Below are positions 53,057 to 64,000 of a stretch of 64,000 bases of DNA, one piece after another. This DNA comes from the human T2T-CHM13v2.0 reference genome, Homo sapiens, in assembly GCF_009914755.1 (NCBI RefSeq), contig NC_060947.1. One strand, 5' to 3'. Each line of letters begins with the position of its first letter. The first letter of the stretch is position 1. The notes under the pieces are model-generated. The model searched no databases, was not told where the DNA came from, and saw only the letters and a list, made by a program, of their open reading frames with translations. The position numbers were made by a program, and so were the translations under genes.

Positions 53057-53119
53057 GATGATGTTAGTTGGTTATTTTGCTCGTTAGTTGATGCAGTTTC
53101 TTCCTAGTCTCGATGGTCT

Positions 53120-54140
53120 TTACATTTTGGCATGATTTTGCCGCAGCTGGTACCGGTTGTTCCTTTCCATGTTTAGTGCTTCCTTCAGGAGCTCTTTTAG
53201 GGCAGGCCTGGTGGTGACAAAATCTCTCAGCATTTGCTTGTCTGTAAAGTATTTTATTTCTCCTTCACTTATGAAGCTTAGTTTGGCTGGATATGAAATT
53301 CTGGGTTGAAAATTCTTTTCTTTAAGAATGTTGAATATTGGCCCCCACTCTCTTCTGGCTTGTAGAGTTTCTGCCGAGAGATCTGCTGTTAGTCTGATGG
53401 GCTTCCCTTTGAGGGTAACCCGACCTTTCCCTCCGGCTGCCCTTAACATTTTTTCCTTCATTTCAACTTTGGTGAATCTGACAATTATGTGTCTTGGAGT
53501 TGCTCTTCTCAAGGAGGATCTTTGTTGTGTTCTCTGTATTTCCTGAATCTGACCGTTGGCCTGCCTTGCTAGATTGGGGAAGTTCTCCTGGATAATATCC
53601 TGCAGAGTGTTTTCCAACTTGGTTCCATTCTCCCCGTCACTTTCAGGTACACCAATCAGACGTAGATTTGGTCTTTTCACATAGTCCCATATTTCTTGGA
53701 GGCTTCGCTCGTTTCTTTTTATTCTTTTTTCTCTAAACTTCCCTTCTCGCTTCATTTCATTCATTTCATCTTCCATCGCTGATACCCTTTCTTCCAGTTG
53801 ATCGCATCGGCTCCTGAGGCTTCTGCATTCTTCACGTAGTTCTTGAGCCTTGGTTTTCAGCTCCATCAGCTCCTTTAAGCACTTCTCTCTATTGGTTATT
53901 CTAGTTGTACATTCTTCTAAATTTTTTTCAAAGTTTTCAACTTCTTTGCCTTTGGTTTGAATGTCCTCCCGTAGCTCGGAGTAATTTGATCGTCTGAAGC
54001 CTTCTTCTCTCAGCTCGTCAAAGTCATTCTCCGTCCAGCTTTGTTCTGTTGCTGGTGAGGAACTGCGTTCCTTTGGAGGAGGAGAGGTGCTCTGCTTTTT
54101 AGAGTTTCCAGTTTTTCTAGAGTTTCTGTTTTTTCCCCAT
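53120..54140 (-). pseudogene. L1 ORF1p, frameshifted near its start
   Basis: ATG GGG AAA AAA CAG AAA CTC TAG; span is 1021 nt = 1017+4; C-terminal 248 aa still open. Confidence 0.9.
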
Positions 54141-56494
54141 CTTAGTGGTTTTATCTACTTTTGGTCTTTGATGATGGTGATGTACAGATGGGTTTTTGGT
54201 GTGGATGTCCTTTCCGTTTGTTAGTTTTCCTTCTAACAGACAGGACCCTCAGCTGCAGGTCTGTTGGAGTACCCGGCCTTGTGAGGTGTCAGTCTGCCGC
54301 TGCTGGGGGGTGCCTCCCAGTTAGGCTCCTCGGGGGTCAGGGGTCAGGGACCCACTTGAGGAGGCAGTCTGCCCGTTCTCAGATCTCCAGCTGCGTGCTG
54401 GGAGAACCACTGCTCTCTTCAAAGCTGTCAGACAGGGACATTTAAGTCTGCAGAGGTTACTGCTGTCTTTTTGTTTGTCTGTGCCCTGCCCCCAGAGGTG
54501 GAGCCTACAGAGGCAGGCAGGTCTCCTTGAGCTGTGGTGGGCCCCACCCAGTTCGAGCTTCCCAGCTGCTTTGTTTACCTAATCAAGCCTGGGCAATGTC
54601 GGGCGCCCCTCCCCCAGCCTCGCTGCCGCCTTGCAGTTTGATCTCAGACTGCTGTGCTAGCAATCAGTGAGACTCCGTGGGCGTAGGCCCCTCCGAGCCA
54701 GGTGTGGGATATAATCTCATGGTGCGCCGGTTTTTAAGCCCGTCGGAAAAGCGTATTCAGGTGGGAGTTACCCGATTTTCCAGGTGCCGTCTGTCACCTC
54801 TTTCTTTGACTAGGAAAGGGAACTCCCTGACCCCTTGCACTTCCCGAGTGAGGCAATGCCTCGCCCTGCTTCGGCTCGCACAGGGTGCACGCACCCACTG
54901 ACCTGCGCCCACTGTCTGGCACCCCCTATTGAGATGAACCCGGTACCTCAGATGGAAATGCAGAAATCACCCATCTTCTGCATGGCTCACGCTGGGAGCT
55001 GTAGACTGGAGCTCTTCCTATTCGGCCATCTGGGCTCCTCCCCCCTGCTTGATGTATTTTTACTAGTCTTTGGAGTCTTGCTTAACCCTTCTTTAAGAAT
55101 CATCTCACTAGATTCTTCCTGTGATATGACAGTTCATCACTGACTGTTGTCTTATATCTGAAAAGTTGCTTCATATGTTTCATCTAGTTTTCTAGTTTTT
55201 TATGGTGAGGGTACTAGACTTCTGCAGTTTACTCCTCACAGCTAGAATAGACATTACATTTTATTGTCTTTTTCCCATCTGTGTCTTTTAACAAGCAGAA
55301 ATATTTTTATTTTGATTAAGTCCAATGTGTCATTTTAGAAATGTTATTTTACTCTTTTTTTGTCTCTTCTCTGTATAATTTTTTCCTACTCAATGTTTAT
55401 GAAGTTCTTTTTCTGTGCTTTCTTCCATAAACTTTGTAGTCCTAGTTTTCCATATTTAGTTCTGTGCTCCATCTTGAATCAAGTTTTTTGGTGCGATATA
55501 GGGGTTATGGCTCATTTTTTTTCTATGTAGATTTCTGGCATCATTTGTTGAAATCTTTCTTTTCTGCATTGAGTTCCCTTTGTGCTATTTTGGAAAATGA
55601 GTTGCTTTTGTATATGCGGGTCTATTTATGTGCTTTCTATTCTGTTTTGTTAATACACTTGTTCATTCTTAGGCCTATACCATACTGTCTTATTTTCTGC
55701 AACTTTATGGTAAGACTTGAAATCTGGTAGGTTGAATCCTTCAACTTTGTTTCTTTATAAAAGTCTTTTTTGGCTATTTTAGTGTCTTTACTTTTCCATA
55801 TAAATTTTAAATCAGCTTATCACTCTCTTCAACAAAACCTGATGGGATTTTGATTGTAATTATATTATATCTTTAGATCAATTTGGAAAGAATTAAAATC
55901 TTAATATTGAGACATATAATCAATGGCAATTTTTTCCCATTTATTTTAATTGTCTTTAATTTCTTTCACCAATGTGTTGTAATTTTTAAGTGTAAAGATA
56001 TTGCATTTTTTAAATTAAACCTATTCCTAAGCATTTCATGATTTAAAAATCTCATTGTACATGGCATTTTTGATTCCCTTTTCTAATTTTTGGAAAAAAT
56101 TGTTTTATGGCCTATATATATAAATGTGATTAATTTTCATTTATTCATTTTATACCCTACTCCCTTATAAATTCAATTAGTAGTTCTAGGGTTTTTTGTT
56201 GTTTTTGTTGTTGTAGCTTTCTTTGTAGATTCCACAGGATTTTCTGTACATACAATTATCTCATCTATGAATAATGACAGTTTTACTATTTTTTCTCCAA
56301 TCTTTCAGATTTCTACTTTTTTTTGTGTTATTGAACCGGTTTGGACCTCCAGTACAATGTTGAATGTAAGTGATGAGAATTGATTTCATTGCTTTTCTCA
56401 CACTTAGTTAAGAAGGCAATGAAGATATCACCATTAACGTCATGTTAACTGTAGGTTTTTGGTAGACGCCCTTTATCACATTGAGTAAGTTCCT

Positions 56495-57668
56495 GCATAC
56501 ATTGTTTAATGACAGGGGTACATTCTTGACGGGGATACATTCTGAGAAATGTGTCGTTACGTGATTTTTGTCATTGTGTGAACATCATAGAGTGTACTTA
56601 CACAAACCTAAATGATATAGCCTACTATACACCTAAGCTCTACGGTGTTTTTCAGCTCCATTATCTACTGCTCTGAGGCTACAAAACTGTACATCATATT
56701 ACTGTACTGAATACTACAGGCAATTGTAACACAATGTAAGTACTTGTGTATCTAAACATATCTAAGCATAGAAAAGGTATAGTAAAAATACAGTATAAAA
56801 TATTTGAAAATAGTACTCACGTATAGGGCACTTGCCATGAATGGAGCTTGCAGGACTGGAAGTTGCTCTGAGTGAGTCAGTGAGTGGTGAATGTTAAAGC
56901 CTATGTCATTAATGTACACTACTGTAGACTTTATAAGCACTGTATACTTAGGCTGCAGCAACTTTATAAAAGAATATTTTCATTCAATAATAAATTAACC
57001 TTAGCTTACTGTCACATAATAATTTTTAACTTTTTGACTCTTTTGTAGTAACACAACTTAAAACACAAACACATGGTATAGCTGTACAAACATATTTTAT
57101 ATCCTTATTATATAATGTTCTTACTATTTTTATTTTTAAATATTTAAACATCTGTTAAAAATTAAGACACAAACACACACATAAGCCTAGGCTTACACAG
57201 GGTCAGGATCATCCATATTGCTGTCTTCCCCCTCCACATTTTGTCCCACTGGAAGGTCTTCAGGGACAATAACACATGGAGCTGTCATTTCCTATGATAA
57301 AAATGCCTTCTTCTGGAATACCTCCTGAAGGACCTGCCTGAGGATACTTTACAGTTAACTTTTTAAAAAAATATAAATAGAAGAAATACACTCTAAAATA
57401 GTGATAAAAATTATAGTAAATTCATAAGCCAGTAATATAGTCATTTATTATCATTATCAAATATTAGGTATTGTACATAATTGAATGTGCTAGACTTTTA
57501 TATGACCTGCAGTGCAGTGAGTTTAGTTACACCACCATCACCATGAACAAATGAGTAATGTATTGTGCTATAGAATTTTTCAGCTCCATTATTATCTTAT
57601 GGGGTCACTAGCATAGATATGTATGTGGCTTGTTGTTGACCAAAACATTGTTACAAGGCACATGACTA
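56495..57668. mobile_element. Tigger3/MER7-family DNA transposon (~1.2 kb)
   Basis: gacggggatacattctgagaaatgtgtcgtt...gaacatcatagagtgtacttacacaaacct and terminal gttgaccaaaacattgttacaaggcacatgact. Confidence 0.8.
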
Positions 57669-58051
57669 TACCTACTAGTTTTCTGAGAGCTTTTATAATG
57701 AATAGATTTTGAATTTTGTCGAATAGTTTTTCTCCACCTATTATGCATTCTTTTTCTCATTTTGTTCTGTTAATATGGCAAATTAAGACTGACATTGATA
57801 CAATTCACTTATCTTACTCAGGTTTCCCCAGTATTACTTGCACTCACTTGTGTATGTGTGTACTTAGTTCTATAAAATTTTATCATGCTTTTAGGTTTCT
57901 GTATCCACTACCAGTCAAGATAAATAACAATTTCATCACAAGGGTACCTTCTATTATAGCTACAGCTGCCTCCCTCCTGCTATTTCTCTCATCCCTAACC
58001 CTTAACAACCACTAGTCTGTTCTTCATTAAAAAATATTTTGTTATGTATGT

Positions 58052-58316
58052 ATTTATTTATTTATTTATTTTGAGACAGAGTCTCACTCTGTCGCCCAGG
58101 CTGGAGTAAAGTGGCTCAAGCAATCTTCCCACCTCAGCTCTCCTAGTAGCTGGGTCCACAGGCACACGCCACAATGTCTGGCATCTTAAATTTTTTTGTA
58201 GAGACAGGGTCTCCCTATTTTGCCCAGGGTGGTCTTGAACTCCTGACCTCAAGCCATCCCCCTGCCTTGACCTCCCAAAGAGCAGGGATTACACACATGA
58301 ACCACTGTACCTGGCC
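58052..58316 (-). mobile_element. AluJ-like SINE with internal deletion
   Basis: (ttta)n tail then gagacagagtctcactctgtcgcccaggctggag...cctggcc. Confidence 0.85.
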
Positions 58317-58625
58317 CCAAAATGTTTTATAAGTGGAATCATAGGTATGTAATCTTATGGGATTGACAAGTTGTATGTATCAATAGTCTGTGCCTTTTTA
58401 TTGCTGAGTATATTGTACCGCAGTTTTACTATTCACCTGTTGAAGAACACCTGGGTTGTTTCCGGTGTTTGACTATTATGAATAAAGCTGCTACGAATGT
58501 TATGTACTGGATTTGGGGTGAACATATGTTTTCATTTCTCTGAGTTAAATGCCAGGAAGTGCGATTGCTGGGTTGTATAGTTGCATGTTTAGTTTTATAA
58601 GCACCTGCCAAACTGTTTCCCAGAG

Positions 58626-59042
58626 TGACTGGGGTTGAACTGTGTTCTCCCAAAATTTATATGTTAAAGTCCTCACCCCTCATAACTCAGAATGTGACCT
58701 TACTTGGAGATAAGATCTTTACAGAGGAAATCAAGTTAAATAAGGTCATTAGGGTGAGCTCTAATCCAATATGACCAGTGTCCTTATCAAAAGGGGAAAT
58801 TTGGATACAGAGACATGCATTGAAGGAAGATGATGTAAAGAGACACAGTGAGAAGATGACCATCTACAAGCCAAGGAGAGGGGCATGGAACGGATTCTTC
58901 CCTCACAGACCTCAGAAGGGACTAATCCTACTGACATCTTGATTTTGGACTTCTAGCATACAGAACTGTGAGACAAAAATTTTCTTTTGTTTAAGCCACC
59001 CATTTTGTGGTACTTTATTACAGCAGCACTAGCAAACTTATA
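58626..59042 (+). mobile_element. MLT1(A/B-like) MaLR solo LTR
   Basis: gttgaactgtgttctcccaaaatttatatgtt...ttgtttaagccacccattttgtggtactttattacagcagc. Confidence 0.8.
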
Positions 59043-59126
59043 GAGGCTATACAATTTTACATTTTCACCAGCAGTGTATAAGTGATCCAATTAATTCACG
59101 TCCTCACTAGAATTTTATGTTGTCAC

Positions 59127-59490
59127 TGTATTAGTCTGTTCTCACACTGCTAATAAAGACATACAAGAGACTGGGTAATTTATAAAGAAAAAGAGGTTTA
59201 ATGGATTCACTGCTCCACGTGGCTGGAGAGGCCTCACAATCATGGCAGAAAGTGAGGAGGAGCAAAGTCACAACTTACATGGTGGCAGGCAAGAGGGCAT
59301 GTGCAGGGGAACTTCCCTTTTTAAAACCATCAGATCTCCTAAGACTTATCCACTATCACGAGAACAGCACAGGGAAAAACCCTCCCCCATGATTCAATTA
59401 CCTCCCACTGGGTCCTCACACAACACGTGGGAATTGTGGGAGCTACAACTCAAGATGAGATTTAGGTGGGAACACAGCCAAACCATATTC
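59127..59490 (-). mobile_element. THE1 (B/C-like) MaLR solo LTR
   Basis: tgtattagtctgttctcacactgctaataaagac...acacagccaaaccata; 5-bp TSD GTCAC at 59122 and 59491. Confidence 0.9.
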
Positions 59491-59629
59491 GTCACTATAT
59501 GTAATATTATACATAATTTAATATATAATTATATATGTATGTAACTTATGTATAATTATATATACATATAATCTTCTGTCTCTTAATATATATACATATA
59601 ATATTATGTATAATTATATATACATCTAA

Positions 59630-59861
59630 TTTTTTTCTTTTTAATATATATATTTTTATTATACTTTAAGTTCTAGGGTACATGTGCACAACATGCAGGT
59701 TTATTACATATATATACATGTGCCATGTTGGTGTGCTGCACCCATTAACTGGTCATTTACATTAGGTATATCTCCTAATGCTATCCCTTCCCCCTCCCCC
59801 CACCTCACAACAGGCCCTGGTGTGTGATGTTCCCCTTCCTGTGTCCAAGTGTTCTCATTGT
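59630..59861 (-). mobile_element. 5'-truncated L1PA 3' UTR fragment inside a TA-rich tract
   Basis: ttatactttaagttctagggtacatgtgcacaac...cctgtgtccaagtgttctcattgtt. Confidence 0.88.
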
Positions 59862-59887
59862 TATATACATATAATTTTATTTTTTTA

Positions 59888-60191
59888 GGGATGGAATCTC
59901 GCTATGTTGCCCAGGCTGGAGTGCAGTGGCTATTCACAAGTATGATCCCACTACTTATCAGCATGAGAGTTTTGATCTGCTGTTTCCAATCTGGGCAGGT
60001 TATTCCTCTCCTTAGGCAACCTGGTGGTTTCCTTCTCCTGGGAGGTCCCCATGTTGAAGCTGAATACTGAACTTAGTGCAGACAACCAATCAGCATAGGG
60101 CACCTCAGCCCAGAACTCCTGGGCTCAAGCAATCCTCCTGCCTCAGGCTCCTGAGTAGCTGGGTCTACAGGTGTGTGCCATCACGTCCAGT
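59888..60191 (-). pseudogene. Full-length 7SL (SRP RNA) retropseudogene
   Basis: Alu-like ends plus the 7SL-specific S domain on the - strand (CACTAAGTTCAG, CCACCAGGTTGCCTAAGGAG, GATCAAAACTC, GTAGTGGGATC, GTGAATAGCCACTGCAC). Confidence 0.9.
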
Positions 60192-61018
60192 TGTCACTAT
60201 ATTTTTATTTTTGCCATTCTGATAGATGTGCAGTGATATCTCACTGTAGTTTTAACTTACATTTCACCGATGGCTAATGATGTTGAATAGCTTTTAATGT
60301 GCTTATTTACCATCTGTATATTCTCCTCAGTGAAATGTCTGCTCATGTCCTCTGCTGGTTTTCTCATTGGATTTTTTAAATGTTGAGTTTTCAAAGTTTT
60401 TGTATGTTATAGATATTAGTTCTTTGTCAGATAGCTGGTTTGCAAATACTTCCTTCAAATCTATGCCTTATTTTCATGTTCTTCACCTGGGCTTTTGCAA
60501 AAGAGAATTTTTAATTTTGATGATGTCCAGTTTGTTAATTTATTATTTTATGCATTATGCTTTTGGTGTTAACTCTAAGAATTAATTCCCTAGCCCTAGA
60601 TCTTGCAGTTTTCTCCTATGATTTTTATAGACGTCTTATAGGTTTATGTTTTAAATTTAAGTTAATGTTTGATTTAAATTTTACATAAGGTGTGAGGTTT
60701 GAATTTTCAGTTGAAGTTGTCTCTGTGTGTGTGTGTGCATGCGTGCACACATGTTTGTAATTCCAATTGCTCCAACACTATTTGTTAGAAGGACTATACT
60801 TGCTTTATTGAATTGTCTTCACATCTTTGTCAAAAATCAGCTGAGCATATTTGTGTGGGTCCATTTCAGAGTTTTCTATTCTGTTCATTAACCTAGAAAA
60901 GAAAACACCAACAAATCCAACCATATCCTATCTATAAGAGATGTAATTTAGATTCAATGATACATATAGGTTGAAGTAAAAGGATAGAAAATAACATACT
61001 TACAAATATCAACCATAA

Positions 61019-61345
<327 letters not shown>

Positions 61346-61862
61346 ATTCTAATATCAGAATTTAAACAGAATTTAATACAAAAAAGTGTCACCAGAGATA
61401 AGGAGGAATATTATATAATAATAAAATGGTCAACTCCTCAGGAAGATATAACATTTTTATATATTTATAGATAATTATTTTATATATTTATTTTACATAT
61501 AATCTCTAGATATTATTTTATATGTTTATATATAATATATAGATAATATTTTATATATTTATTTTATATATAATATATAGATATTATTTTATATATTGAT
61601 TTTATATATAATATATACATATTTTATATATTTATAGAGACATGTTTTATAGGCTAGCAAGGCTAGCATATGGTCTATGCTGGAGAAAGTTTCATCTGCG
61701 CTAGAGAAAAATGGGCATTGGCTATTGCTGGGTAGAATGCTGCACAGATTTGTCTTAGGTCTAATTGGTCTGTCTGTTATTGAAAGTGAGATATTGAGGT
61801 CTCCCATGATTACTGGTGAATTTTCTGTTTGTCTCTTCATCTATTTTTGTTCCATTTATTTT

Positions 61863-64000
61863 TAGGAATATATATATATATATATTTTAGGAATATATTT
61901 AGGAATGTATTTAGGAAATATTTAGGATACATTTAGAATATATTTACGAATATATTTAGGAATATATATATGGAATATATATATGGAATATATATATGGA
62001 ATATATATATGGAATATATATATGGAATATATATATGGAATATATATATGGAATATATATATGGAATATATATATGGAATATATATATGGAATATATATA
62101 TGGAATATATATATGGAATATATATATGGAATATATATATGGAATATATATATGGAATATATATATGGAATGTATACGGAATATATATATGGAATGTATA
62201 CGGAATATATATATGGAATGTATACGGAATATATATATGGAATGTATACGGAATATATATATGGAATGTATACGGAATATATATATGGAATGTATACGGA
62301 ATATATATATGGAATGTATACGGAATATATATATGGAATGTATACGGAATATATATATGGAATGTATACGGAATATATATATGGAATGTATACGGAATAT
62401 ATATATGGAATGTATACGGAATATATATATGGAATGTATACGGAATATATATGGAATGTATACGGAATATATATGGAATGTATACGGAATATATATGGAA
62501 TATATATATACGGAATATATATACGGAATATATATATACGGAATATATATACGGAATATATATATACGGAATATATATATATACGGAATATATATATACG
62601 GAATATATATATATGGAATATATATAGGGAATATATATATACGGAATATATATACGGAATATATATATACGGAATATATATATACGGAATATATATATAT
62701 ACGGAATATATATATATATACGGAATATATATATATACGGAGTCTATATATACGGAATATATATATATACCGAATCTATATATACGGAATATATATATAT
62801 ATACGGAATCTATATATACGGAATATATATATATACGGAATCTATATATACGGAATCTACATATACGGAATATATATATCTACGGAATCTATATATACGG
62901 GATATATGTATCTACGGAATATATATATACGGGATATATGTATCTACGGAATATATATATACGGGATATATGTATCTACGGAATATATATATACGGGATA
63001 TATGTATCTACGGAATATATATATACGGGATATATGTATCTACGGAATATATATATACGGGATATATGTATCTACGGAATATATATATACGGGATATATG
63101 TATCTACGGAATATATATATACGGAATATATATATACGGAATATATATACGGAATATATATATACGGAATATATATATAAGGAATATATATATACGGAAT
63201 ATATATATACGGAATATATATACACGGAATATATATATACGGAATATATATATACGGAATACATATATACGGAATATATATGCGGAATATATATATACGG
63301 TACATATATATGGAATATATACATACGGAATATATATATGGAATATATACATACGGAATATATATATGAAATATATACATACGGTACATATATATGGAAT
63401 ATATACATACGGAATATATATATGGAATATATACATACGGAATATATATATGGAATATATATGATATACATGGAATATATATATGATATATATGGAACAT
63501 ATATGATATATATGGAATATATATGATATATGGAACATATATGATATATATGGAATATATATGATATATATGGAATATATATGATATCTATGGAATATAT
63601 ATGATATATATAGAATATATGTGGAATATATATGATATATATAGAATATATGTGGAATATATATGATATATATAGAATATATATGATATATATATGGAAT
63701 ATATATATGATATATACATGGAATATATATGATATACACATGGAATATATATATGATATATACATGGAATATATATGATATATATATGGAATATATATGA
63801 TATATATGGAATATATATCTGGAATATAAATGATATATATGGAATATATATGGAATATATATGGAATATATATCATATATATGGAATATATATGGAATAT
63901 ATATGGAATATATATCATATATATGGAATATATATGATATATATGGAATATATATGGAATATATATCATATATATGGAATATATATGATATATATGGAAT
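61863..64000. repeat. TA-rich minisatellite (GGAATATATATAT core, 13/24/32/~20-bp unit blocks), runs off the window end
   Basis: Tandem units seen directly. Confidence 0.97.

Noticed and set aside
59888-60191. Functional SRP RNA gene
   Set aside because: Many substitutions, CpG decay, a small insertion, A-tail and TSD indicate a processed pseudogene.
61970-63969. Long ORFs (518, 394, 309 aa) rich in Y/I/E/G/N
   Set aside because: Artifacts of a stop-free TA minisatellite; open in several frames on both strands.
61863-64000. CRISPR-like repeat array
   Set aside because: No unique spacers, no cas genes, mammalian DNA; it is a simple tandem repeat.

Overview
Human-type mammalian genomic DNA. 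Positions ~7.3-15.7 kb hold all coding exons of ARHGAP36 (atypical RhoGAP, PKA inhibitor and Hedgehog activator; Xq26.1 from established knowledge) on the + strand. Eleven GT-AG coding exons join to 1644 nt = 547 aa + stop, with a CpG island, alternative splice sites and a poly(A) signal at 15643. The rest (~17-64 kb) is gene-free, heavily nested transposon DNA almost all on the - strand: a dead full-length L1PA2/3, an older full-length L1M, Alus including an AluYa5, a 7SL retropseudogene, MaLR LTRs, DNA transposons and a >2 kb TA-rich minisatellite at the window end. The most striking observation is in the last intron of ARHGAP36 (12453-14414). It continues in frame from the penultimate exon as a highly acidic, 18-nt-periodic protein-like repeat ORF, begins with a ladder of duplicated in-phase 5' splice sites, and is broken by one extra A at 13333-13336. 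This looks like a hidden giant acidic exon or exitron: 790 aa by read-through today, ~1060 aa if the frameshift is repaired. Repeat subfamily names and old-repeat boundaries were judged by eye and are approximate.
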